Source: Elsinoe ampelina
Lineage: Eukaryota
Direction of reading: 5' to 3'
DNA: 64,000 nucleotides
Assembly (NCBI GenBank): GCA_010093995.1
Contig: ML992503.1
Coordinates: forward strand, 1,169,234-1,233,233
Below the pieces are notes generated by a model that saw nothing but the letters and a program-made list of their open reading frames with translations, did no database searches and was not told where the DNA came from. The translations under genes and the position numbers were made by a program. This document shows positions 9,461-22,080 of this stretch, piece after piece; the stretch's first letter is position 1; every line of letters begins with the position of its first letter.

Positions 9461-12400
9461 CGAGAAGGCGAGCAGCAGGGCCTGGGGCCAGGCAAGGCAA
9501 GACTCCGCACGTCTAAGAGTGGCACGAGTGGTGGAAAGGGGAAAGAGAGTGTGAATCAGACGACGGAAGACTATGGAGCGACGTCGGCAGCAGCCAGGAT
9601 CCAGCACTCGGGATCAGCTCTCAGCATCCACACGCACATCCAGGCGCCGCCTTTGATCAGGGAGTTGGAACGGGCTGCAACCAGAAGACCAATGCACACA
9701 CACACTCGGCGTCAAGGAACGTCAAGAGGAGGCTGATGGCCGATGACCGCACAACACACGCTAGCCAGACCAGGCGAATGAGAGGCCGCGAGTCACGACG
9801 ATACACCAGACGATGCACGACGATGGCACGACGGAAACGCAGGCGCAGGCGGGCACAAGCTTTGCTTTCCCACGGTACAATCCTTTCTCGGAACCTGTCC
9901 TGCATCGTGTAGCGCTGCGTAGCCCGCGTAGCGTTGTGGCCCCCCTCAATTGCACAGTTGACACCGGCCAACGTACATTTGCAAACTCCTGATAGGACAA
10001 CGCACGGCCAGCACGGTACGGCTCAGCTCTTGGACACCTGCCTGCAGTGCCTGGCTTGTCAATTGGTCATGCTGGCACAGGCTGGCACAGACCTGGATCA
10101 ACCTTTGCTGGCCCGAGACCTTGTTGCTCCCCCTTGGCGTCACACACTCTCAGACTGACCGCCCAAGGAGACAGGCACTACTCCGGGCTGGCTAATTCGG
10201 GCTGCAAGTGGGACCATCTTTCAGCCCTTCTGATGCTCGCTGACAAGACTCTGGTACCCGTCTCTCGCATCGCAACACCTCATGCTCAACCGCTAGTGTA
10301 TTATTGACCCAGCGGCCGCAACGCCGGGTTCCTGCCGTGGCTTTGGCTCGATCAGAGCTGTCTGGTCATGACGGGATTGCCCTTTGTAGAGATGTCGTGG
10401 GAGACATGGTTGCGGTGTGTGATTGGGATTGACAAGCCCCTTCCAAAACCTTCTCACATTCCGACTGTTGATGAAGCCGGCCCGCTCGTCATTTGTCCTC
10501 TGACCCCTGTCTCGACAATCGAACGAATGGCGAGGCCCCGACGTCTGACGCCGCAAGGATGCAATGCAATAACAGGTTCTGCCTCGCATACAGAGGCAAC
10601 ACCCACATGAGGCACGGTTCCGAAATCAATCTCGATAATTGTTGCGAGCAAACAAATTTATTGGCTTGTGGCATGCGCAGCCATGACCCGGACGGTACCG
10701 TCCTGGCACGCCTCGACCCAGTCATCAACGACCACAATTCGCCGGCCTGGACCTCCCCGCGACCTACATGAACACTTGTGGTCCTGTATCCGTGATGAGC
10801 ACGGGTCGAGTGTCGGATGGATCAACAAACTGCGACAGCTGAATCTTCCGGAGGTTGGCGCCGTTGTAGGCGACATGGATGCTGCCATGGACTCGTAATC
10901 TTGAACCAATATTTGCCTGCATAACCTTGCAATATGTATGGGAGAATAGGCTGCCAGCTCACCAAAAGTCAAATCTTGGTGACCATTTCGACCGGCCGAC
11001 CGTACCGTTAGTGTATACTTTTTGGGGCGCGAAATATTGACCGACTCTGCTCACCGGCTTCTGACTTTCGAAGATCTTTTGATAGTCCCGCGTGGACATT
11101 CAAGCCACTTGGCTCAGCGCATGTGTGTCAGTCGTCTTGCATTCCTCCAGCCGATATTAGTGGAACACTAAGGGCTGCATCAATGCTCAGCCGTGGTGGA
11201 CGATACTGTAGATTACTTCCCTTGCCGCGAGAACACCCTTTTCCATGTCGCTCGCAGAGTGTTCGAGAATCCCGGCGCTACCGGACAGAGGCGTCATGAT
11301 TTCTCCAATTAGACGAAACCTTGTCAGCAGCAAATCCAACGGATGAGGATGCAACTGTGTTACACCACGAGACTTGGACGGCCATGGCAAAAGTTGTCCT
11401 TCTCCAGGAATGTGGCAATGTATATTGCCCAACAGATGCAAGGCCGCTAGATCAGTCTCATCTCACCGTCCAAGGATCAGCGTACTGCTTGCCTCGTCAG
11501 CTGCGGACGTTGGCCGCGGAGGATTCTTGATGACAAGGACAGTCTTCTGCCGGCAAGCGAATACGCTTTTGGTACATCGCTATACGGTGGACGTGCCCCG
11601 CCTTCGAGGGTTGGGTGTCAGAGATGTGGCGCCGCCGTGGAGATTGCTCGATTGGGCCGTTGTTGTCATGGTGGACCTCACAAGCAAACCCCAAGTGTCT
11701 CGCGCATGCGCATCACAAAAACTGGTCTGGTCCACCCAGCCCTTGTGAAATTTTCTTAGTTGGGAGGTCCAGCGCTACTTGTCAACGCAGCCGTGGGCAC
11801 ACATGGCGTCGGAAGGATCGCAGCGCGCAAAATGTCGATTCGAACGTCTCCTCCTTCCTCTAATAGCAACGAAGGGCTAGGTCTCCGGCACGGACCAATG
11901 GGACATTTCACACGTCGCAACCTCCTCCCACAATACTGGGTTTCACACGATTCAGGTTACGGCAATTATAACAATCTGTTCATATCGCTCGGAGCCTCGG
12001 CCTTGATGCGCTATTCGTCTGACATCACACGACCATCGCTGCATGTCGGTAGACATTCATCCCACTGTCGGTGTCCGTCGATAATATCATGCTTGTTCCC
12101 GTATGGCGTTGCCAGTGAGCGCGAGCAGCGGGAGAATCGCTTTGATATCGAAAGCCCGGTATCCACAGGGTCCAACGATCAAACGCATGCAATCGAGTTT
12201 TCCTCAAGACGCTTGATCCTCCATCCACGCCAATGCACGCTAATCGCTTCAAATGACGGCACATCGATTAAAACACACACATGTCGAGGAATTGGAAATT
12301 TTGCCTTTTGGAGCACGAGGTCTAGGTGTACGCCAAGGGCGCCCGCGGATGCCGATCAGGTGGAACGGCCGCCAGCGTCGAGTTGCAGGTTCAAGTTTCG

Positions 12401-12818
12401 TACGGGAAACCTTTTTCCACAACAAAATCCTCTCTGCCGGGCCTTCTTTTTCCTCGCTCGCGAATCCAAGCCGGGTTCAGGAGTGATCGTTGGATACGGG
12501 GCTGGAAACTCTTTGATAATCTACCTGAGCGGTCATGCATACGTCGCTTCTGCGGTGTGACTCGAACATCGATCAGATTTCGTTCCTTGTCGGACGCTTC
12601 GGAAATTGTTGTTCCATCCATGATCCCAATCCCACGCCCCTTGGGCTAAGGTGGCCGGATGTCAAGCGAGCTGGGCCGAACCCCGTGATCATCTGCCTCT
12701 TGATGCGAATAATGTATCCGGAAAGGAGGCAATTGATGCTCGAGTATCGGCAGCACTGCAATTCCTTCATTGCTCCACTGCTTGGTGACGTGACTCTTGT
12801 TCTGGTTTTGGGTCCCCA

Positions 12819-13175
12819 TCACCTGACCCACTTGCTGCGTCTGAGCACCAGCGTGTCATGCGAGGTCGTCAACCTTATTGCATTCTGGAGACGACAGCAG
12901 ATGCTTCTAATTGCCAATACGGCCTTGCCGCCGCCCGTGGGGATATCGGTGTATTTCCCGGAGAAGCCTGTGGTGGGGTCGACGCCCTCGAGGGTGCCCT
13001 TGGGTGGCGGCTGCGTGGGCTGCTGTCCGTCTGGCGAAGGTGACTTGAATGGTAGGCCTGTTGATTTACCCGCCTCGGATTGAGCTGGCGGTGTCGTTGG
13101 TGGCTTCGGTGGTGCTGCCACCGCAACTGAGAGTAAGCATGCGAGGAGCACGGCGCTGAAGGTCTGAGTCTTCAT
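12819..13175 (-). CDS. Small secreted Pro-rich protein (candidate effector); 3' end uncertain
   Basis: Signal peptide MKTQTFSAVLLACLLSVAVA, good start context (caccATG), CAA-rich leader and TATATAA ~140 bp upstream. Confidence 0.62.
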   Translation of the reverse strand: MKTQTFSAVLLACLLSVAVAAPPKPPTTPPAQSEAGKSTGLPFKSPSPDGQQPTQPPPKGTLEGVDPTTGFSGKYTDIPTGGGKAVLAIRSICCRLQNAIRLTTSHDTLVLRRSKWVR

Positions 13176-13313
13176 GGTGATTGAGTATTGGTCGTTGTGA
13201 TGTTGTTTGAGTCTTGTTTGTCGACTATAGGGATGTGAGGAAGCGGAGTGAACTGGAGGAGATTCGCTGATGGTATGGGAATGATTTCGACAATCACCTC
13301 GATTACCTCGATC

Positions 13314-13320
13314 TTATATA
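13314..13320 (-). promoter_or_regulatory. TATA box of the small secreted protein gene
   Basis: TATATAA on the minus strand, ~140 bp upstream of ATG 13175. Confidence 0.55.
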
Positions 13321-16300
13321 CATCGGACTGCGCTTGAGAACTGTGCATCTCTGAGATGTTGATACATTGCTGCATTACCTTGCGAGGTTACATTCACAGC
13401 ATAAGTCTTCCTACCTTGTTGGAGACTGCTAGCCATCTGGCCATATTCGCCGCCAAGATGAACAAATCTGGTCCTTATGGAAGGTCTCAAGGGACATAAC
13501 AGGACCTATTCGGCGACAACAGGGAAATCTGTCCATACATCTATGCCATGAGCAGTCACTACCAACTCACCAAGCATAACAGATTGTGTAGTAACATAAC
13601 GAAACAATGGAATGGAATGAGGCAGGCGTTGGGAAAAGGGCCTCATTGGCTGCCGGTCTCGAGACTCTGGATGAAGCTGGATGCCTTGCACCATCTCAGG
13701 GGCGCATAAAAGTACTCGACCGGAGATGATTGGTGAGGTGGAGACCAAAGGTCGACTTGCAAGTACTGCATGCTTGCGTGCTTGTTCGCAGGCCTGATCG
13801 CTACAAACTTTCAGGGGATGAGGCTGAAGTTGACACAGTACGAGATACTCGCCAGCCTGATAGTGCTTATTCACCACTGTAGCCATGACAGGCGATCCAA
13901 TCTTCCAGAAATTAGCCGCGGGATCAATATACGGATTGTCTCGCTACGGTAGCGAGAATGTTCTGGGCATCAAAGTCTATGACATGGCGTCACATATCAT
14001 CCCGGTGGCTGCCGTATGTACCAAGAGGCAATATGGCCGGCGTCATGACCGTGGCGTTTGATCTTTGAAAGTGTAACCGTGGGAATCCTTTTCGCAAACG
14101 GGACATTTGGTGGAGACTGCACGCTGGAGTCTGAAATGCGCTAAAGCCGCGACATCGCGCATACCGATCCAAGACTATGTCCGGCTCCGATGTTATCTGA
14201 TTTTTCTGGACCCTGGATTCGCATTTCCGCTCATCGACCTTACAGCTGATTGATGCTGCCAGATGATTGGTCTGTGGTGGAGCGGCAGGAGTAACGAGGC
14301 GTCGACAACCCCTCTCTCCACCATACTCTACTGGAGCCTGCTCAAAGGTCAAGCACTTCCATGCACGAAGAAACTCCCCACTCGCTGATGGAGAGTCACA
14401 TTCCTCACCGCCTGAATCCATCCTCCTTGAAGGATGCACACTGCAGCACCTGCATGAGCGATCGGCAGCCGACCGGGCTAGGCATAAGTTGAGCCTGCGA
14501 GGTACTGTACCCCCGACCAAGGCCGAATTGAATGCGGCTTGTGGCACGTAAGAAGTCTAACGCCATGTTATTTGTCGGTACAGTAAATCACGAACACGCG
14601 CCGCGTGCGAGGATAGCCCCTACCACTTACGTCTCCCAATCAAGCTAGCGCAAGCTGACAACGTCAACTCTCCCCCACCCACACGGCGAGATGTGACACG
14701 AATATGAATCAGGTTGCCGACGACAATCAAACGGCACGGTCTGTGATTTTCTCCAGATCCTAGCCTGCTTCATGCGTTTGCTTTTTTGGAACTCTCCGCC
14801 TATGCCTATCCCTGAACCAAGCACGATTTCCACGATTCATTCTCGCAATCACCGTCTCTTGTCTGAGCTCCTCCGACCTTGCATTTTTCCGATGTACCAC
14901 ACAGGTACCGACAAGCCCTGCACACTAGCTGCGCGTTTCCTGTCAGCAGACTCTCTGATGGATGGCTTCCGTGCTCGGTCAATGCCGGCCATATTGCTCG
15001 CAACGCGTTCACGCGGTTTACCTCATCAAATCCGACTCCACCTGGATAGCTCCCGGCTGAACCCACCACGTTGGAGGCTGCTCAGGATCCACTTTGGGTG
15101 ATCTGCATTGGTGCTTAGATCACCTTTCGTTATGCACACTTTCGATCGTGCATGACATTGAATCAACGTTCTTGAAGGTAGTCAATGCCGTCTCAAGCCT
15201 CCCCGTGATTGCGAGGCAAGCAAACTCGCAAATACCTCGGTAACGGCAGGTCCAATTTGAAATGTACGAGGTGTACACACTGCCTTTGTCGCAGGTAAAA
15301 CTTCGGTGCCCTAGATGATATGCAGCCAAGGCCAACCACTCTACTGGCTTGATGGAGTGAACAATCCTTGGAACATCCTCGGATGGTCACGGATACACTA
15401 AACGCCAGTAGATCACGACACTGGCTTCCTTTGGTGACTTTTCTATTTTCTTGATCAAACGCTCCAGTTTTGATTCGATTCAGACCTCGTACCCTCTTCC
15501 CACCCATAATCTTGCTCAAAGGATCATCGCCCATGCAGTGCGCCGGATGCTTGCCCAGTTTCACCTGCCGCCGCATCCGACCACATCATCCCTCGGAAGC
15601 ACGTTGGTAGTCAGGCAACAGGAAGCGATTTGGGCTCCACCGCATCACATGACGCCAACGACAACATGCGATGCATCATCAGTCGATAAGTCACATCCAC
15701 GCTTTGGACCGAGCTGCATACCGTCCGTTGAACGCACGAGTCCGAGCTTCGAACATCACCAGGGGCAAAAACTCCCAGACCACGGCTCCATCACGCGTCG
15801 CCCTCAGCACTGGTAGGATTCTCACCGCAAAGTCTGTGACACCGCATGCAGGTGGCAGATACTCCTCGGCCGGTCTGATCAGGCATTCCTCCTCGGTCCG
15901 CAACACCGAGGCTCTCCCGCAGTCGACATGAGCGGATGCAAAGCGACACAAATCCGTGTAAACCAGGACGTATCGCCTTGACTGTCCACGTTCAAGCAAT
16001 CCTTGTTGCTTGGGCAGTCGTGCGTTTGCCGATCATGGACGCTGTGCTGTAGTCTGGATGCAGATATGCATCAACTTTTGCAGGCCGGTGGGGATTTGGG
16101 AGACGACTCCGTCGTGTGAGAGGGTGTTCTTTACTGCTGTGGACCGTCCAGGAAGTACGTCTGCTGCATATTTTTGGTCCTATTGACTCACCGACAAGTG
16201 ATTCGACATGGCCGGTGTCTGGCGTCGTCTATGTGCATGGACATAGCAGATGAACGGGATGTGACCATCGTCTCCTACCAAGGCGCTCTCATACCCTGAT

Positions 16301-16875
16301 GACAGCCGTGGGAACACGCTACTGCGATGTCACACTGTGGGAACGTTGCCCAAGAGCAAGGTCCTTTGTGTCATGCAGTGGTCTGAGAACGACCATGGAT
16401 TTGCACCTCATGAGCCTGCGTCAGAAGCGGACGGTATCTGGCGGGCTGCCCTCGTACGGCCAGTAGGGATGTTGTGTCCATGTTCGCACACAAGTGACAA
16501 TGCTGCGCACAACCGCTTTGTGACTGAGTAGGTTCGCTCATGCTCGGTTGGTCAGTCTCCCGTAAGACACCACGAGTAAATAATACAGGGTCTGTGGCAC
16601 GTTTTTCACACATGATGTTCCTCGTGATAGCCATCTGGGCCATGCCACCTCAAACAGCATGATACCAATCCATGGCGGGAGATGATGGAACGCTATGTCA
16701 TATGTCGTTCTACGTCTGTTGACGAACATCGTCTCACGCGTCCGTTATCTGCCATGTATTATACAAGTGCACTTCTCAAGGCTCCGACCCTGCACAGTGT
16801 CCAAGATGCAAAAAAGGTCAAAGGCCAGTCCTATACAGCTCCCATGCTCATCTGTCACCCTCTTCACAGTCCACC

Positions 16876-17834
16876 CTACCACAACCTATTCTCCACCTTC
16901 GTCTGCCCCTTCGCCTTGACCTTCTTCTTCGCCCCATCCGTCCCCGACCTCCCGGGCACCTTGAAATACAAACTCGGTCCCTCACCCTCGGGCACCAGAT
17001 GACTCAAATACCCCCTATGCCTCTCATCCCTATAATACTCAATATCCTTCCTCCCCGCCGGATCCGCCAGTCGGTACTTATACCTCTCCACCTCCGCCCT
17101 CTTCCCCTCCTCACTCTCCCCCTCGAGCAACGGCTGGCTCTGCAACGAATGATACGGATGCGCCTCCCCGCGCAATACCCGCGCGAGCGAGCTCTTGCTG
17201 TAGTACCGCGTGACGACGCTCCCGCCTGCTTTTTCCACGGCCGAGATGGCGGCGGCGGAGGCGCGGGAGACGACGATCTGGATGGGGACGGAGAGGGGGG
17301 AGTCGGTTTTGCGGGCGAGGAGTTTGACGCCGTCTTTGACGCGGGAGAGGCAGCGCGAGGAGATGAGGGATTTGATGGTTATGGGGGCTGTGGGGGAGAG
17401 GCGGCCGGTGGAGATCCAGTGGGAGATGCGGGAGAGGTTGAGGGGTTGGAGTTCTTTGGATAGACTGGAGGGATGTTAGTAGGTTGGGACAATGAGGGGA
17501 CGGATAGTGCCTACGGGTTCTCGAAGCCTCGTTTGCCGTGCACGACTTCCAGGGGTGTTTGGCCGCCCTCGAAGCCTGCGGGCACTTTGCCGTGTTGTCC
17601 TTGTCCTTTGTGGCCTCTACCTGAGGTCTTGCCCTTGCCTGATGCTGGACCGCGACCTCTGCGGATGCGCTTGTTGTAGGCGCCTTTGGTGTCGCTGAGG
17701 GAGGAGAGGACGGAGGCGTTGCGGCATTGTTGGAAGCGGGTCAGGAAGGGTGAGAGAAGAGTGGCTGTCGATGTGTGTTGTATCAGGGCATTTGACTGTG
17801 CGGCCGCGCGAGCGGCAGGTCGTATTGATGCCAT
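16876..17834 (-). CDS. MRPL10: Mitochondrial 54S ribosomal protein uL15m (YmL10), 302 aa; intron 17465-17514
   Basis: L15 signature [36 protein letters not shown] and DGVKLLAR, with an Arg/Ala/Ser-rich presequence. Intron GTAGGC...CTAAC...CAG restores the frame. Confidence 0.95.
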
Positions 17835-18401
17835 TGGAGGGTTGTGATGGTGTTACCAACAGGTGTTGAGTTCGCTGGTGAAGCTTGAAATTTCGGAGCT
17901 TGATGCCAAGACAAATGCTCTCTGTTCACCTCCGAGCATCTTGCGGTGAACAGAAAATGCAATTACACGTGCATCGCTTTTGTGAGGATCATTGGAAAGG
18001 GATTGGATGCATGTTGAGTCCTAAATGTGATCATAAAAATCATGGATATCTCTAAGTGGATCCTTCACTCTGTACCCAAGACAGGAGCATCTAAGAAGGA
18101 CCAGCATCTTAACAATCTCGTGAATATATGCACTACATCATCCGCCTCGCTCATGACATACGGCATTACCAGCTCTTTCCTCTGCCCAGTCTCCTGTGTA
18201 AGACTCATTGTCATCAAGGTGAGATCTTACAGTTTCACATGCCCTCTCCGGAGGTTCCGCCGGCGCTGATTGGCTGTCTCCAACGTCAGCGCTGAGACGG
18301 GGCGGAGATTGGCTTTTGGCGTAGACCTCATCTCCGCGCGACTCTTTTTTGCGATCCATTTCTCATCTCACGCGACCTGCCCTCCGACACTATCCGCAGA
18401 C

Positions 18402-20003
18402 ATGGCAGCACACGACGGACCCGGGTCTCAACCCTCGGAAATCTCGAATTCACAATCCCAGAATGGCACAGCTCAAGCAGAGCGAAGAAGACCGCGGCGC
18501 AAGTCCAGTGGACTGGGGGGTGAGCCTAGAGGAGACACTGGAGGAGTAGCATTGGCGACGATAGCATCACAGCACGTCACCGACTCGGCTATAGGTGTAT
18601 GTGCTCTCTCCATCTCTTCAATTCACTCGAGTCTAACCATCACCAGCGAACACCCTCAGAAAAGCTTCCGCGACAATCGAAACGAAGAAAAGCAAAGAGC
18701 TTGTTCAGACGATGGGTGCGATTCTCCCTACGACACACCTGGGTGAACCCATTGATAGTCATACTCGCGGTCCTGGCCCTCTACGCCATCAACCCGACCA
18801 CATCCAACCCTCTCCACCAAGCCATATTCCTCTCCTACCCTCTCCCGCGACCACTCCTCGCCTCAGCAGACACACCCATTCAATACGCCAAGGGCCGCGC
18901 CGACTTTGCCTTTGTCGCCTTCTACATAGTCGTCTTCTCCTTCACCCGCGAGTTCCTCATGCAGCGCATGATCCGCCCTCTAGCAATCAGATGGGGCATC
19001 TCGTCCCGCGCCAAACAATCCCGTTTCATGGAGCAATTCTACACGGCCATCTACTTTGCCATCTTCGGGCCTCTAGGGATGTACATCATGTCGCGAACAC
19101 CAGTATGGTACTTCAACACGACCGCCTTTTACGAGAACTTTCCCCACAAAACCCACGAAGGCATCTTCAAAGCGTACTACCTCCTCCAAGCCTCATACTG
19201 GGCGCAACAAGCCATCGTGCTGGTCCTCATGCTGGAGAAGCCAAGAAAGGACTTTAAAGAACTGGTCCTCCACCACATTGTCACCCTCGCACTCATCTGG
19301 CTCTCCTACCGCTTCCACTTCACCTACATCGGCATAGCAGTATACATCACCCACGACATTTCCGATTTCTTCCTCGCCGTACGTCCCCCTCTCCCTCCCT
19401 CGCTCCCTCCCCTCCCCTCTTCCTCCCATCTAACCCCCTTCCCAGACCTCCAAAGTCCTCAACTACCTCGACTCCCCCCTCACAGGACCCTACTTCCTCC
19501 TCTTCATCCTCATCTGGACCTACCTCCGTCACTACATCAACCTGCTCATCCTCTGGTCCGTCCTCACCGAGTTCCGCTCCGTCGGCCCTTTCGTCCTCAA
19601 CTGGTCCACCCAGCAGTACAAGTGCTCTTTGTCTCAAGCCATCACGTTCGGGCTGCTGGCCACGCTGCAGGCCGTGAACCTGTTCTGGCTGTTTTTGATC
19701 CTGCGCATCGCGGTGCGGTTCGTGACGACAAAGGTGGGCAAGGATGAGAGGAGTGAGGATGAAGAAGAGGAGGAGGAGGAGGTCGAGGCGGAGGATAGGG
19801 AGGGTGGGGAGACGGTGAAGGACAAGGACAAGGACAAGGAAGAGGGGGAGGTAAAGGAGGACGGGGAGAATGGGCATGTCACGAGGAGGAGGTCGACGAG
19901 GTTGAATGGTTCTGCGTCGGCTGGGGCGCCCAAGGTCTTGGTCGACGGGGCCCCGGTGGAGGAGGGGAGTGGGCATATTGGACGAGGGAGGAAGGGGAAA
20001 TGA
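18402..20003 (+). CDS. LAG1: Ceramide synthase (sphingosine N-acyltransferase, Lag1/Lac1 TLC domain), 494 aa; introns 18597-18646, 19379-19445
   Basis: Lag1p motif [55 protein letters not shown], and acidic tail [10 protein letters not shown]. Canonical introns. Confidence 0.95.
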
Positions 20004-20393
20004 GACCTCGTTTCACACCTGGACCAAGGATTGGGAGACAGACATGCATGGGAGGGACACAGCGGCAACGCGTACACAGCGAATGATTCCAGCTTCTTGT
20101 TTGGAGGAGTCTCGGGCGGAGAATCTAAAACGGTCACTGTTCACAAAAGGTAGAACCCCAGCGCATCAATAGTGTGTAATTCATGCATTTGGCATCGTGA
20201 GCTCTCTAGAGCTGGAAGTGACGTCCTAATCCTGCCCGTGAATGGTGATGTATCGTCATCAGCGCTGAACGCTCGAGAAAAGCAACTCGTCTGGTGGAAA
20301 AGCGTCGTGGGTCGACACTTGATATGCTCGTCATCTTGCCTCGGCTCCTCGCAACCTCTCTGCTACAAGTATCGAATGTCCTTGCAGTCATCC

Positions 20394-21441
20394 TCACGAG
20401 GTATCCATCTCCTCCCCACCCCTCTTCTCCTTGACCCAGGCAACAAACTCATCAATCACCCCGGGCCACGCCGAGTCCTCGCTCCACCAGCTCATGCTCT
20501 CATCCTCCAGCGTCTTGAACGCGAAACTCAGCGTCTGATCCCACATGTCCTTGTTGACGCTCTTCTTCCACTTGGCCTCGAGGAACTCTATCCACCAGTC
20601 GAGCCAGGGGCTGTTGGGCGTCGACCAGCTGAGTGACGGAGGGGAGAAGAGAAGACGCCAGAACTCGATCGCCGAGTCGAGGGGGATGGACTTGCTGCCT
20701 TGTGCTTTGGCGATTGTGAATGTGTGTTTGTAGACTTTCTTGAGAGTGGCGCGGTCGGACGAGGAGAGGACGGAGGAGCGCTGGTTAATGAGGGCGGAGA
20801 TTTTGGCGGAGTCGGAGACGCTACAGAGGTATCAGTGGGAGGTGATCGAAGTGGCATAGCCCCGTCATCTGGCCAGGGAGGGAAGACTCACGCTTGTTGC
20901 GACAATCCATCCACAAACCCCTCCCTTGTGATCTTGCCGAGCGTCGGGCTCTGCACCAGCTCGGAGAAGATGAGCAGATCTGTGCTCTCCATGTCGACCT
21001 TCATGTCTTGCATCATCTTGCCCATGCCCTCCATATTGACCTCATCTGGTTCTTCCGTCGGGTTCTCGCGGTAAGAATCGAAGAGCTTTGTGAGTTTTGA
21101 CTTGTGAGGGTTGGAGGCTACATTGGCATTGCCTGAGAAGAAGCTATCACCTGTGTCAGAGCGCTCGTTGACAGGATATGGCTGTGAATGTGTAGTCTTC
21201 TTTGCACGAGGCTTCTTCGATGAGCGGGCTGCCGGCATTGTGCGAGGTGATGGAAAAGAGAATGTCGAGGAACGGAGAGAAGGATCTACTGTAGACGTGA
21301 ATCAACGTACGCATTGGCTGCCTGCTGCACATCCCAATTGAACTGCTTCAGCAATTTCGCCGCGGTCGTCTTGTCGGTCTGCGTGAGAGCTACATATTGC
21401 GAGATTGCGCCTTTTTGCGCCGCCGTGTACGAGGGCGGCAT
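20394..21441 (-). CDS. DCN1: Defective in cullin neddylation protein 1 (UBA-like + PONY/DCUN1), 269 aa; introns 21144-21310, 20821-20891
   Basis: Exon 1 MPPSYTAAQKGAISQYVALTQTDKTTAAKLLKQFNWDVQQAANA (UBA-like). Downstream LFDSYRE, LGKITREGFVDG, KSVNKDMWDQ and WSEDSAWPGVIDEFV (DAD patch). Confidence 0.93.
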
Positions 21442-22080
21442 GGCTGCGATTGTCAGTACGAATCCACACTATGCGTACGACTGGCCGGCGGCGGAATCAA
21501 AAGAGTGACAAGGGTGAAATTCCAAATGTATTTGTGAGACGGAGAAGATCGAGTTCGGATGGGCTGCGAACATGCCTGAGGTCATATCCTTGGCAGACAT
21601 CCGGAGCCCCATAGTGGGGGAGGGGCACATCCAGGAACAGGATGGATCGGTAGCTGGTACTCACCTCTAATCTTCTTTCTATCGATATCTCCTATGATTA
21701 GGTCTTCGAGGGAATGGCTTAGCGAGTTGTCGAATTTCCTCTTCCTGACGATGATCTGTGACATTCTCGAGTCACGAGAAGTTGGCGTCTTGACAAGACA
21801 GGCTTGATGGAACGAATGGAGAAGGATGGTGGTACATCTATGAAAGGAAGCGCTACTTTGTCTGGTGCTATTGTGATAGTATTATGTTGGTCGATTATGT
21901 ACGTTTTCCTGTCCGAGGCAGGTGCGGCCCAGGCAGCAGACGGCACGCGACAGGGGAGGCGCGTGGAGGCAGGGATATCTCGAAGATGTGAGCGAAGAGA
22001 GAAGCGCATGTGAAGGGGGTCCGAATGCCATCAAAGAAGTACGCCGTGAACAATGCAGTATCGTCCCAAAAGGAATGCCT

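Noticed and set aside
14028..14997. 14-bp perfect inverted repeat (GCAATATGGCCGGC at 14028-14041 and its complement at 14984-14997) as possible TIRs
   Set aside because: No target-site duplication or transposase remnant, and a match of this length is plausible by chance in 64 kb.
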